A stretch of DNA of 64,000 bases from Candidatus Woesearchaeota archaeon (GTDB taxonomy: Archaea; Nanobdellota; Nanobdellia; Pacearchaeales; GW2011-AR1), in the NCBI GenBank assembly GCA_964578845.1, contig CAZOEF010000001.1, positions 104,591-168,590 of the forward strand, written 5' to 3'. How positions within the stretch are numbered: position 1 is the first letter of the stretch; every line of letters starts with the position of its first letter. Positions 29,323 to 39,210 of the stretch are shown here, one piece after another. The notes beneath the pieces are model-generated. The model was not told where the DNA came from and searched no databases. It saw only the letters and a program-made list of their open reading frames with translations. Position numbers and translations under genes: made by a program.

Positions 29323-30549
29323 ATGAAAGCTAAAAGTATTTTTGGTTTTCTTGTATTGGCACTGGCACTTGTTTTGGTCTTACCAAATGCAAGCGCTTTT
29401 GTAGATATCACAGAAGTTGCTGTAAATGGAATCGAGGTCAGCACACCTCAGCCTAGCGGATCAGAGATCAACATAGGCTCATTTGCAGGAGATACAATTT
29501 CTGTAAGAACTACATTCGTAGCCATAAATGACGACAGAAGGACTCAGGTGACTGCTAGACTTATTGGTGAATCAGGTTCGCTTGAGGAATCAAGAGAGTT
29601 TACAGTTATCGGAGGAGTAACATACAGCGAGACTTTGCATCTTGCCCTGCCTAGCAATCTTGACAGGCTTGGTGAGACATTGACTCTGGAAGTGAGCGTC
29701 GAAGGAGAAGACAATGACCAGAGCATCGAGACAGAGATCGAATTGAACCTTCAGAGAGTAAATGAAGAAGTTGAGATCCTGTCAGTCGATCTTGCAAACG
29801 AAGTCCAGGCTGGAGAGAGTCTTGCAATTGATACTGTTCTTAAGAACAGGGGCAGAAACAGCGCGCAAGACAATTTTGTAAGAGCTAGCATCCCTGCATT
29901 AGGAATAAGCAGACAGGTTTTCCTTGGCGATTTAGACGCTGAAGACCTGACTGACGCAGATTTTGAGGATTCTGCTGCTGCAAGATTGTTATTAGCAATT
30001 CCAAGAAATGCTCCGGCAGGTGTTTACGATATTGAAGTGGAAGCTTTCAATGACGACACTAGCGCTATGGTGACTAGAAGAGTTGTTATTGTGAGCGGAG
30101 CTGCAGATAGCGAAGTAATCTCATCAACAATGAGCAGGACATTTGCTGTCGGCGAAGAAGCTACATACACTGTAACAATCGTGAATGCTGACAACAGGAT
30201 AAAGGTTTATGACCTTCAATTAGAAGCTGCAAATGGATTGACTGTTGATCTTGATGAGTCAACAGTGGCTGTTCCAGCAGGATCCAGCAAGACTGTCAGA
30301 TTGACAGCTGAAGCTTCCAAAGAAGGAACATACGACTTTGCTGTAAACGTCAACTCAGAAGGCGAACTAGTGAAGACTCAGAATTTTGTTGCCAATGTTG
30401 AAGGCAGAGCTAGAGCAGCCGGCGGAAACGCTGCAGTTGTCCTTACTGTCATCCTGGCAATAATCTTTGTTGTCCTACTAGTGGTATTAATTGCCTTACT
30501 AACAAGAAAGCCTGAAAAGCAAGAAGAATTCGGCGAAAGCTACTACTAA
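29323..30549 (+). CDS. Acidic cell-surface protein with Ig/CARDB-like domains (S-layer-like)
   Basis: Signal peptide ending NASA, beta-rich repeats (LKNRG, PAGVYDIEV), C-terminal TM helix and ESYY tail. Confidence 0.75.
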   Translation: MKAKSIFGFLVLALALVLVLPNASAFVDITEVAVNGIEVSTPQPSGSEINIGSFAGDTISVRTTFVAINDDRRTQVTARLIGESGSLEESREFTVIGGVTYSETLHLALPSNLDRLGETLTLEVSVEGEDNDQSIETEIELNLQRVNEEVEILSVDLANEVQAGESLAIDTVLKNRGRNSAQDNFVRASIPALGISRQVFLGDLDAEDLTDADFEDSAAARLLLAIPRNAPAGVYDIEVEAFNDDTSAMVTRRVVIVSGAADSEVISSTMSRTFAVGEEATYTVTIVNADNRIKVYDLQLEAANGLTVDLDESTVAVPAGSSKTVRLTAEASKEGTYDFAVNVNSEGELVKTQNFVANVEGRARAAGGNAAVVLTVILAIIFVVLLVVLIALLTRKPEKQEEFGESYY

Positions 30550-30628
30550 ACTTATTTTAATTTTTTATTTTTATTTAGTAGCTTTTTTTCTTCTATATTT
30601 TTAAAAAGGGAGAAAATAAAAAAATAAT

Positions 30629-31138
30629 ATGTTAATTGATGAAACAAGGGTATTGCAATCAGCGCCATTGGAAGCTAACACTGAAATATATCTTCCTGAC
30701 GCTGCTTCTTCATTATATGCTGCTAGAATTAGAGCGTATGGATACAGACATCAAGAAATTTCTCCAAAACATATATTTGCGGGAATACTTGATGCTAAAC
30801 ACATTGATGAAATTCTTCAAAAAAGATCCGACCCAGAAGATATGAGAAGGGCAATAGGCAGCTATTTTGATCTTGGAAAGAAAAAAGATGCTTATCCTTC
30901 TCCCACATTAATACCTTTTTCTTCCGAGTCAATTGCTGCACTTAACCGTTCACTCCAGATAGCAGAGTATGAAATTGATTCTTCGCATTTACTCAGAGCC
31001 TTAATAGAAAGAAATGACGACCCTGTTCAAAGGTTTTTCAGAAAATTTGGAATTGGATTAGAAGAAATTTATTGCAGGCTGACAAATTTCAGTCAAGCTT
31101 CAAACTCAAGATCTTCGAGACCCCGTCATGCATACTGA
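30629..31138 (+). CDS. Stand-alone Clp N-terminal (Clp-repeat) domain-like protein
   Basis: HQEISPKHIFAGIL and FSSES..AL..IDSSHLLRALI repeats. Confidence 0.6.
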   Translation: MLIDETRVLQSAPLEANTEIYLPDAASSLYAARIRAYGYRHQEISPKHIFAGILDAKHIDEILQKRSDPEDMRRAIGSYFDLGKKKDAYPSPTLIPFSSESIAALNRSLQIAEYEIDSSHLLRALIERNDDPVQRFFRKFGIGLEEIYCRLTNFSQASNSRSSRPRHAY

Positions 31139-33956
31139 CTCCGTACAAGTGAGTTGAGTCGGTTATGATAGCATCATTATGGGTGACTATAACGTACTGC
31201 CCTGCCTTGATATATTTTTTCAGTAAAGCTGAAAGCCTTTCTGAGTTTCTTTTATCTAAAGCCGCGTCTATCTCATCAAAGATGTAGAAGTGATACGGTT
31301 TGTATTCCTGGATAGCAAATAATAATGACAAAGCTATTAATGTCTGCTCTCCTCCGGAAAGGGATGTGACGTCAAAGTATTTTCCCTTTGCCAGCCTGAT
31401 TGCGATATTTACTCCGCCACTAAATATATCTTCCTTGTTTTCCATCTCCAGGAACGCAGTTCCCTTAGAGTAGAGTTGAGAGAAATTGCTTGTGAAAATC
31501 TCGTTTATTCCCTTGAAGGTCTTCATGAATGTCCTCTTCTTTTTCTTATCTATCTCCTCTATTATCTTAAGAACTTCTTCTTTCTCTTTCTGCAATGTGT
31601 TTACTTTTTCCTGCACCCTGTCGTATTCAGCCTTTATCTCGTCATAAACCTCTAAAGCCCTCTGGTTTACTGACCCTATCTGCATTATTGCCTGTTGCGA
31701 TTTTTGAAGCCTTTCCTCTAACGAAGCAATAGATCCCTGGATCAGCTCAGAGCCTGAATAATCCTTAAGCTCCATCTCTAGAGACTCTCTCTCAGCATCA
31801 AGCTTTGCGTTCCCCACCTTGAGATAATTAACCTGGTCCTCTATTTGCCGTATTTCAGTCTGGAGATTTGAAAGATTATAGCTCTCCTGCTGCATTTTTT
31901 CCTGGAGTTCATCCCTGTCCTTGAAAAGTTTCTTGAAACGCTCATTAAGCTCCTTCTCTTCAGCGTCTTTCTTCTCTAATGTTTCAGATTTGCTTTCAAT
32001 CATCTCTGAGATGTCAGAAATCTCTGTCTCTATATCGATAAGATCCTTTTTGCTTCTCTTGACAACTTCCTGGCTTCTTTCAAGCTCCCTTTGCTTATAT
32101 AGCAAAGTTGTATCAAGATCCTTATCTGTCCTGGAAGAAATCTCCTCAATTTCCCTTAGAATAGTGTTATACTGCTCCTCTATCCTGGATGAATCAGTGG
32201 ACCTTTTATCAAGAGAGTCTCTTTTTGCCTCAAGTTCCTGCACTAATGTTTTTGTTGTCTTAGCTTCCTCAATTAGTTTCTTGAGATATTCCTGCTTATC
32301 CATGACTACATTGTGCTTGACCTGCTCTCTTTCTAGAGAATCTATTTTGGACTCTATTTCTTTGATTCTTTTTACAGCTGATTCCTTGTCTTCCCTTATC
32401 TTTTCAAGCTCCTTTCTTGATTGATCAATTAATTTTCTTGCAGCACTTATTTTATTGTCTGAATTTGTGATCACGTGATTCAAATGCTCAGGAGTCATTG
32501 TGTTCTGGCAAAGAGGACAGATGTCTATTCCCTGGACATTCTTCTTCGCTTCATCCGCTGACTCTATCTGGGTCTCTCCTGATGATATTTTTTTTGCATT
32601 GCTTATCTCTGCATCAGCTAAGGCAGATAATGAAGAATTCTTAGCTTCAAGCTCTTTTCTCAGTTTAGTTATCTCTTTTTCACATGACATGGCATCTTTA
32701 TGATTTAATTCAATAGAATACTCCTCTATCTGCTTAAGCAAAGAATCAGACTCAGCATCTAGTCTTGCAAGAGCTGATTGCTTTTCCTTGAGCCTCTCGC
32801 GGACATTGTTTATCTCTGTCTTCAAGGCATAGGATTTTTTCTTCTCTTCCTCAAGCCTCTCGAGATCTAATTTTTTCTTTTTTAATTCTTCCTGTTTTTT
32901 GGCGACTAAAGGAGACTCTTTACTAAGTTCATCAATCTCTGTCTGCAATTGCGGCAATGAAGACTGAATCTGCTCTATCCTGTGCTCTATCTCTGATTTG
33001 CGGTTCTCGTAATTCTCTTTTCTTACTTTTAATCCTTCCAGCTCTGCCCTTAAATTAGATATGCTCTCGTGCAGACTCTCCTGTTCAAGGCCTGTAGACT
33101 TCTGGATGTGCTTATTTATTTTAGTAATCTCCTCATTGAGAGTTTCTATTAATTTCTCTATTTGCTCAACATCTGAACGGATCTTGCCCTTCTGAGATGA
33201 TTTTGTCTCTATTGATGCCCGCACAGAATTCAATTCCTTATTCTTGTCCTCAATTTTCCTGGTTATTATAGATGCCTTGCATCTCTTTATTGTAGTTTCC
33301 AGCTCCTTGTACCTTAGGGCCTGAGACCTCTCCTTCTCAAGATTCCTTAAAAAGGATGTCCTCTCCCTAAGCACTGCTGAGATCTCTTTCAATTTTTCCT
33401 CTGTCTTTTCCAGCTCTTTTAGTGATTTTTCTTTTCTTGATTCATAGATAGCTATTCCAGCCACTTCTTCTATTATCTTTCTTCTTTCTTCAGGGTGCAT
33501 CTTAACTATTGCCTGTATTTGTCCTTGAAGAACCATATTGAATCCGTGCGGGTCAATGCCTGCGTGAGCTAGCATCTCTATGACTTCTGAACGTGTCTTA
33601 GTCTCCTCATTTATCTTGTATATGCTCTGGCCGTTATGCCTCACCACTCTCTTTATAGATATTTCCGGGTGTGGCAAAGCAAAAGTATTATTAGCATTAT
33701 CAAAAACTATTTCGACAGATGCCTCCTTGGATGGCTTGACATATTTAGATCCCATAAACAGTAGATTCTTGGCTTTAGCAGCCCTCATGGATTTTATTGA
33801 TAGCCTTCCTAAAACAAAGCATAGAGCGTCAGAGATATTTGATTTGCCTGACCCGTTAGGCCCGACTATGACATTGATGCCATTATCTAAAAGAATCTCT
33901 GTTTTATTAGCGAATGACTTGAAGCCCTGCATTGACATCTTCTTTATATAAGTCAT
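31089..33956 (-). CDS. SMC-family ATPase with a central CxxC zinc hook and no hinge
   Basis: GFKSFA, GPNGSGKSNI, LQG Q-loop, LSGGE, FDEIDAALD, VTH; long coiled coils; CPLC at aa 480-483 of 955. Confidence 0.9.
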   Translation of the reverse strand: MTYIKKMSMQGFKSFANKTEILLDNGINVIVGPNGSGKSNISDALCFVLGRLSIKSMRAAKAKNLLFMGSKYVKPSKEASVEIVFDNANNTFALPHPEISIKRVVRHNGQSIYKINEETKTRSEVIEMLAHAGIDPHGFNMVLQGQIQAIVKMHPEERRKIIEEVAGIAIYESRKEKSLKELEKTEEKLKEISAVLRERTSFLRNLEKERSQALRYKELETTIKRCKASIITRKIEDKNKELNSVRASIETKSSQKGKIRSDVEQIEKLIETLNEEITKINKHIQKSTGLEQESLHESISNLRAELEGLKVRKENYENRKSEIEHRIEQIQSSLPQLQTEIDELSKESPLVAKKQEELKKKKLDLERLEEEKKKSYALKTEINNVRERLKEKQSALARLDAESDSLLKQIEEYSIELNHKDAMSCEKEITKLRKELEAKNSSLSALADAEISNAKKISSGETQIESADEAKKNVQGIDICPLCQNTMTPEHLNHVITNSDNKISAARKLIDQSRKELEKIREDKESAVKRIKEIESKIDSLEREQVKHNVVMDKQEYLKKLIEEAKTTKTLVQELEAKRDSLDKRSTDSSRIEEQYNTILREIEEISSRTDKDLDTTLLYKQRELERSQEVVKRSKKDLIDIETEISDISEMIESKSETLEKKDAEEKELNERFKKLFKDRDELQEKMQQESYNLSNLQTEIRQIEDQVNYLKVGNAKLDAERESLEMELKDYSGSELIQGSIASLEERLQKSQQAIMQIGSVNQRALEVYDEIKAEYDRVQEKVNTLQKEKEEVLKIIEEIDKKKKRTFMKTFKGINEIFTSNFSQLYSKGTAFLEMENKEDIFSGGVNIAIRLAKGKYFDVTSLSGGEQTLIALSLLFAIQEYKPYHFYIFDEIDAALDKRNSERLSALLKKYIKAGQYVIVTHNDAIITDSTHLYGVSMHDGVSKILSLKLD

Positions 33957-34039
33957 GGATATAATTGCCTAAAGAGTTATTTAAAGGTTATTTTGGGGGG
34001 GATAATAAGGTTTTTATTCGAAGGAATATCTTTCTTTTC

Positions 34040-34384
34040 ATGCCATTAGAAGGTATATGCCATTCAGATGAGTTCCTGATAAGGAAATATAACGAAAGGA
34101 GGGCAGAGGTTAGCGGACATCAGCATCCAAATTCTGAATTTACTCCGGAGGACCTGAATGGCAAGACAATGATAAACTTCAGAAGGCTAGACACCGGAGG
34201 AGATAACCCTCGTTTTATCCAGTCCTGGGATTATGATAATGGAGAATCATTGCTTATAGGTCTTGAGGGAATGCACGATTATTCAAATATCCATTGCTTT
34301 CTCGTTGACAAAGATGGAGATGATAGATATGCCAATGGAATGTCCATATTCAGTGGAGACAATTTGATGGATTATCCTGGATGA
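34040..34384 (+). CDS. Hypothetical protein
   Basis: ORF divergent from the SMC gene. Confidence 0.55.
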   Translation: MPLEGICHSDEFLIRKYNERRAEVSGHQHPNSEFTPEDLNGKTMINFRRLDTGGDNPRFIQSWDYDNGESLLIGLEGMHDYSNIHCFLVDKDGDDRYANGMSIFSGDNLMDYPG

Positions 34385-34387
34385 TCA

Positions 34388-35458
34388 TTACTTCTTGAAA
34401 TTATCAATGTTTATATTCTGCCTTGGGAGGGCGAAAGATATTTTCTCCTTCTCGAAGGCTTCCCTTATCTTGAAGTTTATCTCCTGCTGGACATCCATAT
34501 AGATATTGTAGTCAGGGCTGGTCACGTGATATATAGTCTCGTAATTCAAGCTGAAATTACCAAATTCCTTGAAATGTGTCCTGTCAAACCTGGCGTACTT
34601 TGTTGAACTTACTGCTTCTTTGATTATATTATTTATCTTCTTTAGCTTTGCTGTAGAAGTTGAATATTCCACTCCTATGTTGAAGGCTATTCTCCTCTCT
34701 TCCATCCTTTTATAATTATTCACTCTTGCTGAAGTCAATTCAGAATTAGATATTATCAGTTCCTGTCCGCCAAGAGATTGTATTCTTGTAGTCTTTATCC
34801 CTATATTCTTAACTGTTCCCATATCATTTCCGACAATTATGAAATCCCCTTCCTTGAAAGGCTTATCAAAATAAATTGCAAAAGCTGCAAATAAATCAGC
34901 CAACACAGACTGCAATGCTATTGCTATAGCTATTCCGCCAACTCCTAAAGAAGCTACCAGAGGAGTTATCTCTATGCCTAAATTAGCTAATACCATCAGT
35001 AGAGCTAGCGCATAGATAACTATCTTGAATATAATCCCAAAAGTCTTGATCATTGAAGAATTTGCAGGGTCATCAGATTTCTTTCTCTTCTTGATCTGCT
35101 CGTTTGTGAAATAGTCAACTACTCTTACTAACCCCTGAGATACATAGAAGATCACAAAAATTAGCAGCAATATCCAGATAACCCTATCTATTATTTCAGG
35201 CAAGATTAAAATAGAGGCAGCCACATAAAAACTAACATAAGCATAGAACTGCCAGTTTATGGCGCTGATGAAATCTATCGCCAGATCATCCCACTTTATT
35301 TTTGTTTTTTTGGAAGTCTTCTTAAAAAATACTACAATATATTTATCAAACAGCTTAAGAAGAATAAATAATCCAAGAAATACACCTAAGGCTATCAAAT
35401 AATCCTGCCCTGTATTGTTCCAATAAGTAGCTATTAAAAACTGATCAAAAGTCACCAT
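34388..35458 (-). CDS. mscS: Small-conductance mechanosensitive channel
   Basis: SLGVGGIAIAIALQ, DKPFKEGDFI, IGIKTTRI. Confidence 0.93.
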   Translation of the reverse strand: MVTFDQFLIATYWNNTGQDYLIALGVFLGLFILLKLFDKYIVVFFKKTSKKTKIKWDDLAIDFISAINWQFYAYVSFYVAASILILPEIIDRVIWILLLIFVIFYVSQGLVRVVDYFTNEQIKKRKKSDDPANSSMIKTFGIIFKIVIYALALLMVLANLGIEITPLVASLGVGGIAIAIALQSVLADLFAAFAIYFDKPFKEGDFIIVGNDMGTVKNIGIKTTRIQSLGGQELIISNSELTSARVNNYKRMEERRIAFNIGVEYSTSTAKLKKINNIIKEAVSSTKYARFDRTHFKEFGNFSLNYETIYHVTSPDYNIYMDVQQEINFKIREAFEKEKISFALPRQNINIDNFKK

Positions 35459-35532
35459 CTTTTTGAAAGGGTAATTTTTCTTTTAAATAATTTACTGCTA
35501 ATGCTTAAATAACCCCTAACACCTAGAAAAAT

Positions 35533-35919
35533 ATGAGAAAGGCTCTTGAAGAATCAATAATCGAATTTGACAGGACATTAGGATTAAATGAAATTACCGA
35601 TTATATTGGATTTATCTCTGATGAACTGGAATGTTTGATAAGATATAATAAAGATATTGGAGCAACAGTGAATGAAGGAGAGAATATAGACAGTGTGGTT
35701 ATAAGGGGATGTATTATTCCCAAGAAAGACAGCATTTATACCAGAGAAAAAGGAATTTTAGTAAAGTTTAAAAGTGAATTTGATCCAGATGATTTCACTA
35801 AGACAAGGGCTATAAGGATTGACAGGAATTTTGATATAAAGGTTATGCCGAAAGGATACAGGATGCTCTGGGAAAATGTCCGTGAAGCAACAAAAAAATA
35901 TTTCTCTTCAGTAATCTAA
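35533..35919 (+). CDS. Hypothetical protein
   Basis: 128-aa ORF with TATA box. Confidence 0.6.
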   Translation: MRKALEESIIEFDRTLGLNEITDYIGFISDELECLIRYNKDIGATVNEGENIDSVVIRGCIIPKKDSIYTREKGILVKFKSEFDPDDFTKTRAIRIDRNFDIKVMPKGYRMLWENVREATKKYFSSVI

Positions 35920-36570
35920 AAGCTTCTTCTGCCCTGGAGCAGGGAAAAGCGCTGTCCAGGTAGACCAAGATTTCCTGAAAATCCCTGAGTCTTTCAGCTT
36001 TTCTCCATTTTCCCTGAGGAATATTTTTGTCGCTGGATCAGAGGCATATCCTGAACCAATATCACCATAAATAGATTTAAGTTTTGTGACTTCCTCTTCC
36101 CTTTTTACTTTTGCTAAAATAGATGCTGCTGCGACTGAAGGATAATTGAAATCTGCCTTATGCTCGCATTTTATGGTAAGATTTGATTTGTTCTCTATAT
36201 ACGAAATAAGCTGGTTTTTCCAAGAGATAGTATTTACCGACGGACAATCCACTATCACAGTTATCTGCTCATCCAGAACATTCAATACATTTATTATTTC
36301 AGCGGCTTTCTTTGCTTCGAGTACGTTTAATTCTCCCTTTGCTACAGATGAGTCTATTTCAATAGGATCAGAAGTGACAACATGTGATTTGATACAATTT
36401 CCATTTATTAATGATGTCAGTTCTACTCTTTTTATCTGCGAGAGAAGTTTTGAATCAGTCACCTTGCCCTTTAAGGTTTCTTCGTGAGAAGGATTTATCA
36501 AGACCCCTGCCAGGACCATTGGACCAATTATCGGACCTCTTCCGGCATCATCTATTCCAAGGATCAGCAT
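35908..36570 (-). CDS. rnhB: Ribonuclease HII
   Basis: LGIDDAGRGPIIGPM, DSK, KAD..VAAASILAKV, GSGY.SDP, C-terminal PIP-box-like QKKLLDY. Confidence 0.95.
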   Translation of the reverse strand: MLILGIDDAGRGPIIGPMVLAGVLINPSHEETLKGKVTDSKLLSQIKRVELTSLINGNCIKSHVVTSDPIEIDSSVAKGELNVLEAKKAAEIINVLNVLDEQITVIVDCPSVNTISWKNQLISYIENKSNLTIKCEHKADFNYPSVAAASILAKVKREEEVTKLKSIYGDIGSGYASDPATKIFLRENGEKLKDSGIFRKSWSTWTALFPAPGQKKLLDY

Positions 36571-36610
36571 TAAGAGAGAAAAAACCGTCTCTATAAAAAT
36601 ATTGCTATTA

Positions 36611-37471
36611 TCAATAGAGTTTATCAAATTTTTTTATTGCTGATTTTAGAGATTTCCTTTTTTTATTGAAATCTTTCCAGGAATCTTTTAGCCTTGATGC
36701 ATGTTTTAAGATATAATTTTGATGTCTGAAGGATTTTAGCTCTTTCCATTTCAGCGGGACAGCTATTGGTGCATTTTCTATCGGCCTTAATGAATATGGA
36801 ATTACTGATAACTGGGCTCTTTCATTTCTTAGATGATCTATGAATATTTTATTTTCCCTCTTGTCTTTTCTTTGCTCTATTGTAAACCTCTCAGGACTGG
36901 AGTTTACTGTCAATTCTGCGAGCCTTCTTGTAAATTGCTTGACTTCCTTGAAGTTTAATTCTGGTTTTATCGGACTAACTATATGAAGCCCTTTTATTCC
37001 TGTAGACATCAAGTATGGCTCTAGACCTATATGCTCAAGAATCTTTTTTATATATTCAGCGCCGGCCTTAACATCTTCCAGTTTCAAAGAATCAGGCGGA
37101 TCTATATCTAGGACTATTTTATCAGGCTTATTTATTGAATCTATTGTAGACATCCAGCCGTGGAAAGTTATGACTGCCTGGTTTATTAAATATAATAATG
37201 ATTTTTTATCATTGACTATTACATAAGTTGTCTGGTCTATCTTCTGCGTTTTGATATATGAAGGGAAGTAATCTGAAGCGTTTTTTTGATAGAATCCTTC
37301 GTCCTTTATGCCGTCAGGGTATCTTTCAAGAGCTAGCGGCCTGTCTTTCATGAATGGCAGCATAAATTTTGAGACTTTATGATAATAGTCAGCTACATCT
37401 TTCTTATCTATTTTGGATCCAGGAAAGAGGATTTTTTCAGGCCTAGAGATTTCTGCCTCATCTTCATTCAT
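36611..37471 (-). CDS. Stand-alone LigD-type primase-polymerase (POL domain)
   Basis: RPLALERYPDG, FYQKNA, PDKIVLDIDP, STGIKGLHI, IFIDHLRN, PYSLR. Confidence 0.92.
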   Translation of the reverse strand: MNEDEAEISRPEKILFPGSKIDKKDVADYYHKVSKFMLPFMKDRPLALERYPDGIKDEGFYQKNASDYFPSYIKTQKIDQTTYVIVNDKKSLLYLINQAVITFHGWMSTIDSINKPDKIVLDIDPPDSLKLEDVKAGAEYIKKILEHIGLEPYLMSTGIKGLHIVSPIKPELNFKEVKQFTRRLAELTVNSSPERFTIEQRKDKRENKIFIDHLRNERAQLSVIPYSLRPIENAPIAVPLKWKELKSFRHQNYILKHASRLKDSWKDFNKKRKSLKSAIKKFDKLY

Positions 37472-37504
37472 TAATATTATAAATTCCAGGATATTAATAA
37501 GTAA

Positions 37505-37915
37505 ATGCTGTCTAAGATATACATAAACTGTGATGGAGGTGCTCGCGGAAACCCCGGGTCTGCTGCAATAGGCGTGACCATCAGGGATGAGAAGGATGAT
37601 TATCTTGAGAGATTCAAGAAAACTATCGGGAGAGCCACAAACAATGTTGCTGAATATCACGGGTTGATAAAGGCTTTAGAACTAGCTGCTAAATATACCA
37701 GAAAAGAAGTTGTTGTGATAATGGATTCTGAGTTGATTATCAAACAGATGAGGGGGGAGTATATAGTCAAGTCTCTGTTATTAAAACCACTTTTCTTAGA
37801 GGCTAAAGAACTTGCGAAGAATTTTGAGAAAGTCACTTATAAACATGTTAGTAGATGGGACAAATTCCAGAGGAAAGCTGATGAGTTAGTCAATCAGGCG
37901 TTAGATGGAGTTTAA
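37505..37915 (+). CDS. rnhA: Ribonuclease HI (archaeal/Gram-positive type)
   Basis: DGGARGNPG, TNNVAEY, DSELI, ADELVNQALD. Confidence 0.93.
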   Translation: MLSKIYINCDGGARGNPGSAAIGVTIRDEKDDYLERFKKTIGRATNNVAEYHGLIKALELAAKYTRKEVVVIMDSELIIKQMRGEYIVKSLLLKPLFLEAKELAKNFEKVTYKHVSRWDKFQRKADELVNQALDGV

Positions 37916-38455
37916 TGCTGAAGGTAATTCTTTTACACCGTCTTCTTCTGTGAAGTGGCCTTTATCATGCTCAACAATTATTTGTGCATTTAGATTTTCC
38001 TTGAATATATCTTTGTCAGATATTGGGACGTAAGGATCATTGTCTGAGAAAATGCAAGTGAAATTCGCGTGTGACTTGACTTTTTCAAAATCTATCGGAG
38101 TTATTAGCCATGGCTCTGCGACTTCTGCAGCGCCTTCCTCTTCTTCTATGCCCTGCAGATGCAGCCAAGGGGCAATAAGGACAACTTTTCCAACTTTTAC
38201 GTCTTCAGGAAGTGTTTCTAAATATCTCAGTATTGTCTGGCAGCCGATGCTGTGCCCGAAAAAATAAGTATTCTCATCTGAGTCTTGACAGATTTCCTTG
38301 ATCTTATTTACCCAAGAATTTATTTGAGGATTGTCTGTATCAGGCATTTCAGGAACTATTACTTCAAACCCCCTAGATTCTAGTTCAGAAGCAAGCCATT
38401 TGTAAAGCCCTTCGTCGGGATTTCCTCCCCAGCGATGGATAATGAAAGCCTTCAT
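37901..38455 (-). CDS. RBBP9/YdeN family alpha/beta hydrolase
   Basis: GHSIG nucleophile motif, SDNDPYVP, GHF. Confidence 0.9.
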   Translation of the reverse strand: MKAFIIHRWGGNPDEGLYKWLASELESRGFEVIVPEMPDTDNPQINSWVNKIKEICQDSDENTYFFGHSIGCQTILRYLETLPEDVKVGKVVLIAPWLHLQGIEEEEGAAEVAEPWLITPIDFEKVKSHANFTCIFSDNDPYVPISDKDIFKENLNAQIIVEHDKGHFTEEDGVKELPSALNSI

Positions 38456-38490
38456 TAATTTCAAGAAAAGGAAATTATTAATAAATATAT

Positions 38491-39096
38491 CTACTCTCTA
38501 GTCATCGCCCCATTCCTTACCTTAAGTTCTCTGACTTTCATATTCTTGTCTATGTAAAAAGCTGAGAAAGTTATGTCGTAGCCTTCGGTCGGCTTGTCTT
38601 TTAAGAGGATTTTCATTTTTTTTGCCAAATGGATCACTGATTTGCCTGTTCCGTTTTTAGAGGAATATTCTTTTCTTTCTATCCTTATCAAGACTTCTAT
38701 CCATTCACTAGCTCCTGCTGAAGCCATCTCGTGCTTTATGAATTCAAGGTCTTCAGTTGATAGGCTGTTCTGCTTTGACCTGGGCAGTTCCCTATTTGAG
38801 CGGTTTATGACATGGCTATGGAAACCTCCAACAATCTTGTTTCTAAAGTACTTCTTTCTCTTTACAAGCTCGTCTAAGCTTCTTAAACGGCTCACAGCCT
38901 CATAATTCCCATAGGATACTGAAGTAGGCTTCCTTGCTGCTGTAACGAACTGGTAAGCGTTAGATATGAAAAATACCCCGTTCTTTTCTTTTCCATAGAT
39001 TTCACCCATAACTTCTTTAGGCCAGGACTCTATGACTGACCGGATCATAGTGTAATAAGAACTTTCATTCAATTTGACGGATAATATTTTTGCCAT
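38491..39096 (-). CDS. JAB/MPN (JAMM-like) domain protein
   Basis: PKEVMG ... VGGFHSH ... LSTED. Confidence 0.65.
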   Translation of the reverse strand: MAKILSVKLNESSYYTMIRSVIESWPKEVMGEIYGKEKNGVFFISNAYQFVTAARKPTSVSYGNYEAVSRLRSLDELVKRKKYFRNKIVGGFHSHVINRSNRELPRSKQNSLSTEDLEFIKHEMASAGASEWIEVLIRIERKEYSSKNGTGKSVIHLAKKMKILLKDKPTEGYDITFSAFYIDKNMKVRELKVRNGAMTRE

Positions 39097-39210
39097 GTGG
39101 CAAGACGCTAAATTTTCTTTAAAAATATTTTGTCACTGGTGAATGAGTGAATTGTCCTGAATAATATATTTTTGACAACGACATAACTTTTAAAGGCCTT
39201 TAAAAAGGGA

